A stretch of DNA of 20,683 bases from a virus: IMG/VR virus record IMGVR_UViG_3300017988_000043; one strand, 5' to 3'. Within the stretch, counting starts at the first letter, position 1; every line of letters starts with the position of its first letter. A model generated the notes under the pieces. The model worked only from the letters and a program-made list of their open reading frames with translations, ran no database searches and was not told where the DNA came from. Position numbers and translations under genes: made by a program. Of the stretch, positions 1-7,173 are shown piece after piece.

Positions 1-144
1 CGCGTGACGATGCAGCGCATTCTCCCGGCGCGTCTCCGTGCTCTCGCGCGGCCTGCGCTTGCGAACCACGTGCGCCGGTTCCGGCTTCGGCTCGCTCTGC
101 TTCGCTTCCCATTCCTTGCGTGCCTGCTTTGCATTTTTCGCCAT
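1..144 (-). CDS. 5'-partial CDS (N-terminus only; continues beyond left edge); basic protein MAKNAKQARKEWEAKQSEPKPEP...
   Basis: ATG at 144..142 preceded by GGAGG (revcomp of 155-159) with 7-nt spacing. Open frame to position 1 with no stop. Not in ORF track because it is truncated. Confidence 0.4.
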   Translation of the reverse strand, partial: MAKNAKQARKEWEAKQSEPKPEPAHVVRKRRPRESTETRRENALHRHA

Positions 145-151
145 GATGTTT

Positions 152-289
152 TTACCTCCGATGCGTTGTAGTGTGGTTTACTTCGCGCCAACCAGACGCG
201 CCTGAATCAGACTGATCGCGTCTGATACATGACTTCTCTCGCTTCCGCATCGCTTGCTTAATCTTGATATTTGCCTTTAGGTTCGCCAT
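152..289 (-). CDS. small ORF (45 aa, MANLKANIKIKQAMRKREK...), possibly leaderless
   Basis: ATG lies exactly 6 nt downstream of the TATACT box of conserved promoter copy 1. Its stop TAA sits inside the SD of the next gene. Confidence 0.2.
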   Translation of the reverse strand: MANLKANIKIKQAMRKREKSCIRRDQSDSGASGWREVNHTTTHRR

Positions 290-292
290 ACC

Positions 293-340
293 TACAGTAT
301 ACCGGGGAGGCACAGGTTTTGGCTAGTATTTTGGGAAATT
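293..340 (-). promoter_or_regulatory. conserved promoter-like element copy 1 (minus-strand TATACT -10-like box, TAGCCA -35-like, A-rich upstream)
   Basis: Plus-strand text cctacAGTATACCGGggaggcacagGTTTTGGCTAGTaTTTTGGGAAATT. Near-identical to copies at 11748, 13848 and 16283. Confidence 0.5.
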
Positions 341-356
341 TTTTGCTGGGTTGAGG

Positions 357-758
357 CTATTTTTGCTGGGATTCAGGAGCACCGGGCGACCCCTGCACAC
401 CTTGAACGCCTTGAATTCCTTGAATTCCCTGCACGCCGCCCTTACCGTTCCTAGCCGCCGTCATCATGGTAGCGATGTCTGAGAACGTAGCCGAGCCCTT
501 GTTGATGCCGTAGGGCAGCGCAATGAGCCCAATGAGGGAGGCTATCAGCATCGGCATATTCGCCAGCCAGATGCTTACCTGAGACACGTCCTGCAACTGG
601 AAGATGTGGTAGAAGCAACGCCAGATTAGCCACATGGTGAATATGGAGAAAGCATACATGAGCACGCGAGTGGACGAAGGGGTGCCGTCAGGTTCAGATA
701 GAACTCCACGCAGCCAGTTTAGAAATCTTGGAAGCGGCAACTTGTCAACCCACGACAT
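357..758 (-). CDS. small membrane protein (2 predicted TM helices) with C-terminal collagen-like GxQ repeat tail
   Basis: 133-aa ORF with ATG and SD (AGGAGAGAAG). Hydrophobic stretches IFTMWLIWRCFYHIF and MPMLIASLIGLIALPYGI. C-terminus GKGGVQGIQGIQGVQGVQGSPGAP is encoded by 9-bp tandem repeats (cttgaaygcc) at about 380-440. Confidence 0.6.
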   Translation of the reverse strand: MSWVDKLPLPRFLNWLRGVLSEPDGTPSSTRVLMYAFSIFTMWLIWRCFYHIFQLQDVSQVSIWLANMPMLIASLIGLIALPYGINKGSATFSDIATMMTAARNGKGGVQGIQGIQGVQGVQGSPGAPESQQK

Positions 759-772
759 AACTTCTCTCCTAC

Positions 773-3082
773 TTAAGCACTCGGTATCTCTTTTTCAGAG
801 TCTGAGTTTTTAAGCATGTCGTCAAACTGACGGCGTTTTTCTTTAGCTTCAGCAAGCTGTTCCTCGGCCTCTTTAAGTTTCTTACGAGCCCGTTTCATTG
901 CAGCCGAGGGTTCAACAGCCACCGCTGCGGGTGGCGGTGAAGGCAGGTCCTTGGCTGTCTTTAACCCGGCGTTTCCGAAGCGTGCCAGCATGACTGGGAT
1001 GAGAGAATTTTCCGACTCTACTGTGAAAATGAATTCCTTGTTTTGGTCGATGTCGATGCGGATGAAATCTCCAATATGAATTTGTTGTGTTGCCACGAGA
1101 TTGGAAAGCGGGAATACAAGACTGCGTTCGATGACTCTTTTTAGATGACGAGCGCCGTACTTGGGGTCAGTGCCTTCGTGTAGAAGGTGCTTCTTCACAT
1201 TATCACTGCAACCAAAAATAAATTGACTGCTGCCGGTTGCTTGTAGAATGCGTTGCTGTACAGCTTCGAGTTCGAGTTCAAGAATTTGCTCAAGATGCCC
1301 TTGACGCAAAGTTTTGAAGACCACAGTTTTGTCGATACGATTCATGAACTCGGGAGAGAATTTTCGCTTGGCAGCATCGACCGCTGCACGTTGAATCTTT
1401 TTGTCAAACTCCTCGTCCACATGACCAAATGGTTTCGGAGGATTGAACCCCATGGCTCCATCGGTGAGTGAACTCATTTCTGAGGCTCCGATGTTAGAAG
1501 TCATCACGATGACGCAGCAACTCAAATCTACACGACGGTTATCTCCCAAGGTGAGCGAACCCTTATCGAGAATACCAAGTAGAAGCTGCCAAAGAGCATC
1601 TGAGGCTTTTTCAATTTCATCAAAAAGAATAATGGTAAGCCGCAGGTTAGCTGTGTGGTATTGGTTAATCGCTTCCTGATTTAATACGGGGTGTGTCTCT
1701 CGATGGCCGAGGTAGCCGGGAGGGGAGCCGATAAGTTTGGAGATTTCATGGGAGTGTTGAAATTCTGCACAATCAATTTTGATAAAAGCGCGTTCATCTC
1801 CAAATAGAGCTTCGGCGAGAACTTCCACAACGTGAGTATTGTGGGTAACAGTGAAGTCTCCGAGCAAGAATAACCCATCTCCATCTAGTTCAAACCCAAA
1901 ATACTCACCATAACCGGCTGGCTCTATCTTAATACCTGTACGTAGTACATTCTTTTTCTGTCTACGTTTTGAAGCCGCCTTTCTGACTAAACGTGTTGGG
2001 ATTTCCGATGTATTTCCAGAAATTAAAACACGATAGTACACATCTCCATTCCCTGTTTGGCACAATTTATTACAAGGCTTAAAGTATGCTGCCATTCCAA
2101 GAGAACGTGCTACATAGCAAACATCATCAGCCAACTGTCTATTTTTAAGTGTAAATTCAAAATTGCCCACACTAGATTTGTTTAAATGACCATCTGAGTC
2201 AATGAGGCCCGCTAGTAAGGAAAGTCGATTATCTCGACTGTTGGCTTTATACACCAAGGGCACGTGTTTATTATCAAGCACTTTCAATTCACGTAATGTT
2301 TCAAGTATTGGATTAACTGCCCGGTTAGTCTGTCCTCCCCTTACTTGAGTGCTGATTCTGTAACGTGGGGTCTTCCCATCGTTGTAAATGTAAGGAGAAA
2401 CCTTCATCCCTGCTAAAGCAGCAATGGAGTACACACATTCAACAATCTCAGTATCGTCTGTAGTTATCTCAGCCCACTTTGACGTACCATCACCAAGCCA
2501 TAAACCAAAAAAGTAAGGGTCGAGGGGGGTTGGCTGTTCTGTGAACTCTACTCCAACACGGTACCCCTTGGCTCTATGCTTGAATGTTCTATTTTGAGTG
2601 AGGTACTCTTCAATAGATAATTCCACCGTTTTAATGGGTTGACCAGCGGTGCTAGGAGTTAACTGCAAGGATAAAATATGGGGTCGGTTGACAGTATAAG
2701 GCTCCCCCTTATTTGGCACAACTGTGTACATTTGGTCAAATCCATGACCAAGACGTAACACAGTTTTAGGATTGGAGTCAGGCCCCATTAAGAGGTCGCC
2801 AACACGTACATCTTCTACACATTTGACGGAACCGTCAAACATGAGGACAGAGGTACCACGGGCAAGGCACTTGCCGGTGCCGGTTGGGCCGAGGAACAGC
2901 AGATTGCCCACAGGACGATAAGGCGGGTTCAACCCGGCTGTGAACATTTGATAGATGTCAACGACGGCATCCACCGCAGGGTCTTGACCAACAATTTTAT
3001 GACGGAGAGCGCGTTCAAAATCTTCAACGACGATACTTCTACGGCTGGGGTCTAACTGTCTGCCTATACCTGTGCCTGTCAT
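773..3082 (-). CDS. Clp/Hsp100-family AAA+ ATPase (ClpB/ClpA D2-like module) interrupted by an intein
   Basis: Extein motifs: GQDPAVDAV, Walker A LFLGPTGTGK|T, LIGSPPGYLGH, Walker B ILFDEIEKA, sensor-2 YGARHLKRV, C-terminal coiled coil. The track start at 3103 is TTG. ATG at 3082 with AAGAGGGG SD is preferred. Confidence 0.9.
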   Translation of the reverse strand: MTGTGIGRQLDPSRRSIVVEDFERALRHKIVGQDPAVDAVVDIYQMFTAGLNPPYRPVGNLLFLGPTGTGKCLARGTSVLMFDGSVKCVEDVRVGDLLMGPDSNPKTVLRLGHGFDQMYTVVPNKGEPYTVNRPHILSLQLTPSTAGQPIKTVELSIEEYLTQNRTFKHRAKGYRVGVEFTEQPTPLDPYFFGLWLGDGTSKWAEITTDDTEIVECVYSIAALAGMKVSPYIYNDGKTPRYRISTQVRGGQTNRAVNPILETLRELKVLDNKHVPLVYKANSRDNRLSLLAGLIDSDGHLNKSSVGNFEFTLKNRQLADDVCYVARSLGMAAYFKPCNKLCQTGNGDVYYRVLISGNTSEIPTRLVRKAASKRRQKKNVLRTGIKIEPAGYGEYFGFELDGDGLFLLGDFTVTHNTHVVEVLAEALFGDERAFIKIDCAEFQHSHEISKLIGSPPGYLGHRETHPVLNQEAINQYHTANLRLTIILFDEIEKASDALWQLLLGILDKGSLTLGDNRRVDLSCCVIVMTSNIGASEMSSLTDGAMGFNPPKPFGHVDEEFDKKIQRAAVDAAKRKFSPEFMNRIDKTVVFKTLRQGHLEQILELELEAVQQRILQATGSSQFIFGCSDNVKKHLLHEGTDPKYGARHLKRVIERSLVFPLSNLVATQQIHIGDFIRIDIDQNKEFIFTVESENSLIPVMLARFGNAGLKTAKDLPSPPPAAVAVEPSAAMKRARKKLKEAEEQLAEAKEKRRQFDDMLKNSDSEKEIPSA
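1838..2869 (-). mobile_element. class-1 intein with LAGLIDADG homing-endonuclease domain, inserted after Walker-A Lys (GPTGTGK^T)
   Basis: Starts at Cys, CLARGTSVLMFDGS (block A). Two dodecapeptide motifs, FFGLWLGDGT and LLAGLIDSDGHL. Ends ...FELDGDGLFLLGDFTVTHN followed by Thr (+1). 344 aa. Lower GC than flanks. Confidence 0.85.
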
Positions 3083-3169
3083 CCTGAATCCCCTCTTATT
3101 CAAAGAGGTCAGAAGTCCGTTTTGGATACGGAGGGCACCAATGTTACATCTTCAATTTCAAAAAATTTT

Positions 3170-3210
3170 TGCATAAGAAAAGCCTCCAAAACATCTGGAG
3201 GCTTTTCTCA
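3170..3210. terminator. bidirectional Rho-independent terminator hairpin
   Basis: Perfect 8-bp stem AGCCTCCA/TGGAGGCT (3181-3188, 3196-3203) with a 7-nt loop. Flanked by an A-run on one side and a T-run on the other. On the minus strand it is followed by TTTCTTATGCAAAAATTTTTTG. Confidence 0.55.
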
Positions 3211-3560
3211 AGGAGGTCCAACATGAAAAAGCAAACCACAGTGTTGACAGCAACGGGATTCCTGACTACCCGTAACCCCTGATGAACGCCACGTTATTCA
3301 GCCACACTCAACGAGGTTCATGACGCCCCGCCTAAACGAGTGGAGGGATTGGTTACCCTCAGTCGGAGACAGCCGTCAGCGTATTAAATGTACGCATTTG
3401 ACCGACACCTAGCGAAGCTTACGGTTAGCCGACCGTAGCTTATTGTGCCTTACGCAGCAGTCACTGTTCCACCAACCTCGGAAGCTTTGCAGCCCCCTCG
3501 GTCGTACCTTACTCCCCGGCAGGGAGTTGTTCAGTCACGCCGTCAACATTCCTATAATAC

Positions 3561-4163
3561 TCAGTTCTCGGACAGTTTGGCAATAGCTTGTTTCAAATTG
3601 TTTCTTGCTTGGGTGTCGAATTTGTCAGTGAACGGCTTGGTGACATACAGTTTCGGTCGAGCCAAGATTTGTGTCAGCACAGCGATGCGGCCCTTCCGCC
3701 AAACTTCGGGCTCAACCCAGTGATATTCCTTGCGAATTTTCTCTGTGTTAGCGTCAAAAACCTCAGGTGATGCACCGAGTTCGGCAAGGTCCATGTCGTT
3801 AATGACGCTCAAAGGTTTCGCTGAGGGGTCAGTGGCGACGATGAGTGTGGCTCCTTCATCAGCTTCAGCCAAAGAGAAACCAAGAGGATGAGCATCGCGC
3901 CACCAGATAATCGCACTGTTCTCCTCGTTGTCTGACCGGGTAGAATCGTACACAGAATCGTGATACGCCCATGCGAAAAACTCCACAGGCGTCAAAGGCG
4001 TAGAGAAGAGGCTGTAGTATACTTCCAGTCCCTTCTCAAGATGAGCTAGGGTATGGTAGTAACGACCGGGCTCGTTGTATTTCTCCAACAGCCTGTCCAG
4101 AATTTCCTGAACACTCGATTTGTTTTTGGCTGGTGCCTGTCTTAAGAACTCAGCAGTAAGCAT
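3561..4163 (-). CDS. HD-domain metal-dependent phosphohydrolase (small YfbR/HDDC2-like nucleotidase-type)
   Basis: H..H and HD motifs: RYYHTLAHLEKGLEV...FFAWAYHDSVYD. ATG 4163 with AGGA SD. Track start 4169 is TTG. Confidence 0.6.
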   Translation of the reverse strand: MLTAEFLRQAPAKNKSSVQEILDRLLEKYNEPGRYYHTLAHLEKGLEVYYSLFSTPLTPVEFFAWAYHDSVYDSTRSDNEENSAIIWWRDAHPLGFSLAEADEGATLIVATDPSAKPLSVINDMDLAELGASPEVFDANTEKIRKEYHWVEPEVWRKGRIAVLTQILARPKLYVTKPFTDKFDTQARNNLKQAIAKLSEN

Positions 4164-4171
4164 AGTCAATC

Positions 4172-4900
4172 CTAGTAGAGCGTGTTGAGTTGGTTGAAGA
4201 GATAGCTCTGGATTTCTCTCAATCGAGCCTCAGGTTCAAGTGCATCCGAAGTGGCAAGATACTTAAGCAGAGTAAGCGTCTCTCGCAAATTTTCCCTGCA
4301 AGGATTCTCGGTGAGAATCACTTCTTTATCAAACCACTCGGGTTTTCCACCCACACGTTTGATGTCGTCATTGCCCATCCCGGTGCGGCGAAATAACTCA
4401 TGTACCGCATCAAGGAACGCCCACTGACCAAACGGCTCCACTCGAACGTAACGGTCGAGTTTCTCAGCTTCCGATAGTGCCTTCATTTCTTCTCGACACA
4501 ACGGGTCTTCAAGCCACCAAAAATTTTGGTCTCTTTTCGGATCAAGAACATACCCGGCCTTGCGTTGCGGGTGCCCATGTCCCCAGTCGGCGTAGCTCAG
4601 GTCCTTGTTGATTTTAGCCCCGTAGAGAAGCCGAATGAGTTCAAAAATTCTCTCTCGCGGCCAGCAGGTTAGCCACACACAGTTGAACAGGCGACTAAGC
4701 ACCCGGAGTTGGGTGAGAGCGCCGGGACGCATATCAAAGCCTGACCCTTTGCAGCAGTTGGCAATGAGGGTGTCATCAACATCGAAGATACAACGTTGGC
4801 TTAGCCAAAATGTTGTTCTCCTTTTGAGGTAAAATTCACTACACGTCGGCAGTGAGATACAAACTCTTCGGGGCTCATTTTTTGTTTCATCCAATTGCAA
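4172..4900 (-). CDS. HAD-superfamily phosphatase (DxDxT; T4 Pnkp-phosphatase-like motif I DVDDTL); start codon uncertain
   Basis: Motif I FDVDDTL. Downstream T/K/DD motifs plausible (GMGNDDIKRVGG). The frame opens only at TTG 4900 with no ATG/GTG and no SD. The 5' 100 nt overlaps the HNH gene. Confidence 0.55.
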   Translation of the reverse strand: MQLDETKNEPRRVCISLPTCSEFYLKRRTTFWLSQRCIFDVDDTLIANCCKGSGFDMRPGALTQLRVLSRLFNCVWLTCWPRERIFELIRLLYGAKINKDLSYADWGHGHPQRKAGYVLDPKRDQNFWWLEDPLCREEMKALSEAEKLDRYVRVEPFGQWAFLDAVHELFRRTGMGNDDIKRVGGKPEWFDKEVILTENPCRENLRETLTLLKYLATSDALEPEARLREIQSYLFNQLNTLY

Positions 4901-5388
4901 GTTCTACAACAAGGAACCACGTTATCTATAGTATAACCTACTGAATTGTTCACACGATCAATCCCATTGTATTTGAAAACGGCGTAGTTAAGCTTTCTCT
5001 TTTTTCGAGATAGATTGGAGGGGGGTTCTCCACAGTAGTGACAGTTTCCAGCAAACAGGGTTTTTAATTGTTCGTCTGTTAGATTAAATCCCAACCCACG
5101 GGCGACCGCGTTCGAACTATAAGCCAATCGAATTGCTCTAAAGGCAGACTCTTCGTATCCACAGTCGTGGGTACACCCACAGCTTTTAATGCGCTCTCGA
5201 TAAACATCAGTGCCTAGAAACTCAACTTCTTTTCCACACAGGCAGCGGAAGAGGTACACCTGTCGCTTTCTCTGACCAACTTCACGCATCCCTACAAACC
5301 GGACCACAGTCAGGTTTGTATAGGCGTCACCCGGCGTTAGAGTTTTCATCCAAGGTTTGCCGGTTAGATAGGTGTTAGCTTTTCCCAT
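4801..5388 (-). CDS. HNH homing-type endonuclease (free-standing)
   Basis: CHYCGEP...NGIDRVNNSVGYTIDNVVPCCRTCNWMK HNH core. N-terminal Cys cluster CLCGKE...CGCTHDCG. Markedly lower GC than its neighbours. Confidence 0.75.
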   Translation of the reverse strand: MGKANTYLTGKPWMKTLTPGDAYTNLTVVRFVGMREVGQRKRQVYLFRCLCGKEVEFLGTDVYRERIKSCGCTHDCGYEESAFRAIRLAYSSNAVARGLGFNLTDEQLKTLFAGNCHYCGEPPSNLSRKKRKLNYAVFKYNGIDRVNNSVGYTIDNVVPCCRTCNWMKQKMSPEEFVSHCRRVVNFTSKGEQHFG

Positions 5389-5496
5389 ACTCGTTAATAC
5401 CGTTTATTTGGCAAGCCCGTGTCCAAGTTGCCCACCCGGTACGGCCAACCCCAACAATTCCCGTTGTTTGCTGTCTCCAGCAGATTGGTGGACTTG

Positions 5497-5640
5497 CCAA
5501 ACCCTTCACATCTTCACAGTCGGGTCGGTTGTGTAATCCTTGTCCCCACTATGGTAAACGGCGTTCGCTATTAAGTAAACCCCGAAGAGGATGATTAAAG
5601 CGAGTATGAAGTACAGGAATTTCAACAGCAGTTTTTTCAT
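5497..5640 (-). CDS. small single-TM membrane peptide (47 aa, MKKLLLKFLYFILALIILFGVYLIANAVYH...)
   Basis: ATGA overlap with the stop of upstream gene 5637..5915. Strongly hydrophobic core. Not in ORF track (<60 aa). Confidence 0.3.
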
Positions 5641-5915
5641 GCGTGTCCCACTATCGTTGGATTCGGATGAAATCTCACCCTATAGGGGTTTCCTTTATCG
5701 AACTGTTCCGCGAGAAGGTTGCGGAATTTATAAAAGGCGTCTCCAACAATGCGTGGGTCGTTGCATTTTGAATCTTCGAGAAACGCGACGTAAAGCAGAT
5801 CGGTGGCTTGCTTGAAATTGTTCAGACGAACAGAACCTGTGCCGGTCAGCCACGCCTCCCGAGCCGCCGACCACGAACATATTGCTGCCGACATGTTCAA
5901 TTTGATTTCTTTCAC
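5637..5915 (-). CDS. hypothetical protein (92 aa)
   Basis: GTG start overlapping ACP stop (GTGA) with GAGGA SD 5 nt upstream. Protein-like composition. Confidence 0.5.
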   Translation of the reverse strand: MKEIKLNMSAAICSWSAAREAWLTGTGSVRLNNFKQATDLLYVAFLEDSKCNDPRIVGDAFYKFRNLLAEQFDKGNPYRVRFHPNPTIVGHA

Positions 5916-6151
5916 GCCATCCTCAGGTCTGAAACCAACCTCATAAGGTCGCCGACTGTATGCACTCCGCCAAGACGGTCGTCCGGGATTTCAATGTTGA
6001 ACTCATCCTCGGTGTCAATGACGATGTGAATCATGTCGAGAGAATCTCCATCAAGTTCTTCAATGGTGGCCTCAGGGGTGATTTCATCTTCGGTGAGGGC
6101 TAGGTTCTCTGCGACAATTCTCTTGATCCTTGCTTCATCCATCATGGTCAT
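5912..6151 (-). CDS. acyl carrier protein (ACP) homolog, 79 aa
   Basis: IEELDGDSLDMIHIVIDTEDEFNIEIPDD matches ACP helix II (DSL phosphopantetheine Ser). ATG 6151 overlaps the RNA-ligase stop (ATGA) with AGGGAG SD. Track start 6178 overlaps upstream gene by 31 nt. Confidence 0.8.
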   Translation of the reverse strand: MTMMDEARIKRIVAENLALTEDEITPEATIEELDGDSLDMIHIVIDTEDEFNIEIPDDRLGGVHTVGDLMRLVSDLRMA

Positions 6152-7173
6152 ACACGGCTCCCTTTCAGCCCGTTCCATTCAACTGGTTTTCGTGTCCAAT
6201 GTTCATCGGTTTGCACGTGCCCCTTGCGGACCCACTTGCCTACCACGTTTCGAAATTCGCGGAATGCGAAGCCTTCGGACGGTCGAACAACCACACCTTC
6301 CTGCGTCTCCGTGTCCAACGAGTCGCAAATCATTCTGCATGTTTCCTCGTTCCACTCACCCCAATGTAACGAGGGCACAAGTTCGATCCCCAATAGCTGG
6401 GACCACTCAACAGTTTCTTCCCACGATAGGCACATATTGTGGTCGTTCCAAATGGAGAACATCAGGAAGTAAGAAGGCAAACCGTCATATCGGATTGAAT
6501 GCACCGCCGATACGTTCTCGCCGCACACGCGCCACCCTTCGGGGATGTCGTACTTGATAGCACCCCATATCGGCTTGATGCGGCTCCGCCATTCTGCTGT
6601 CTCGAATTCCAGCGACCGGGCGTGCATGTAGTCGCGGTACATGGTGGTATTCTCACCGTCCATCTTTTCGGTGATAACCACATCTATGCCGTTCCAGCGG
6701 TCAGTGTTGTCCATCATGCGGTCGTCATTTTTGAGACCGGGGCTCCACGGTACATGATAGGTGCGGGGGTACTTCACCCGATTGGTAAACAGGTAGAGTT
6801 TATCCCGGAGTGCTTTTTGCATTCCTGACTCATCAAATAGCTCTCCTCGGAAACGTTGACCATTTGAGAGTATAGGATTGCCCCATTTATCGTATACACC
6901 ATCCACTTCAAGATGAGGCGGGAGGCAGACTTCCGTAATCCCTGCATCTTCACGGAGAGTTTCGCAAGTGAGGTCAGTGACCTCCGCCGCCAGATGACAT
7001 TCGGAACAAAGTGTGACGCCGTTGTTGAGATAATAGCCGCCATCATCAAATAGCTCCCTATCCATGATGTGATGAGCATCCACACCCGGCTTGTGACAAT
7101 GCACACACGTGTTCCTGTCTCTGGCGAAGACGCCTTCGCGGAACTCGTCGCGGGTTAGAAGCTGGTTGCTCAT
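6148..7173 (-). CDS. HNH nuclease domain fused to Rnl2/Rnl3-like ATP-dependent RNA ligase nucleotidyltransferase domain
   Basis: N-terminus CVHCHKPGVDAHHIMDR...NGVTLCSECH (HNH). Motif I ITEKMDGEN (KxDGxN, RNA-ligase type), motif III VCGENV, motif IV QEGVVVRP, motif V VGKWVRKG. The KYPRTYHV segment parallels the Rnl2 N-terminus. ATG 7173 overlaps upstream stop (ATGA). Track start 7179 is TTG. Confidence 0.8.
   Translation of the reverse strand: MSNQLLTRDEFREGVFARDRNTCVHCHKPGVDAHHIMDRELFDDGGYYLNNGVTLCSECHLAAEVTDLTCETLREDAGITEVCLPPHLEVDGVYDKWGNPILSNGQRFRGELFDESGMQKALRDKLYLFTNRVKYPRTYHVPWSPGLKNDDRMMDNTDRWNGIDVVITEKMDGENTTMYRDYMHARSLEFETAEWRSRIKPIWGAIKYDIPEGWRVCGENVSAVHSIRYDGLPSYFLMFSIWNDHNMCLSWEETVEWSQLLGIELVPSLHWGEWNEETCRMICDSLDTETQEGVVVRPSEGFAFREFRNVVGKWVRKGHVQTDEHWTRKPVEWNGLKGSRV

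Noticed and set aside
451-633. 60-aa ORF nested in 357-758 in a different frame
   Set aside because: It is fully embedded in a better-supported gene that has an SD.
3104-3175. Sigma70 or sigma54 promoter for the Clp ATPase gene downstream of the terminator
   Set aside because: Only weak hexamer matches were found (TTGAAA…TAACAT with wrong spacing; TGGTGC…TATCC). There is not enough to call a promoter.
3230-3560. Possible tRNA gene in the long intergenic region
   Set aside because: No GTTCRANYC T-loop-like motif or cloverleaf-compatible arrangement could be found by eye. Only generic hairpins were seen.
6033-6557. Plus-strand ORFs in the track that lie antisense to minus-strand genes (e.g. 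6033-6557, 6499-6828, 10288-10770, 10856-11350, 15062-15544, 18994-19449, 19286-19669)
   Set aside because: They are low-complexity or Ser/Arg/Ala-rich translations opposite well-supported minus-strand genes with SDs and coupling. The locus is otherwise strictly unidirectional, and no plus-strand SD or promoter was found for them.
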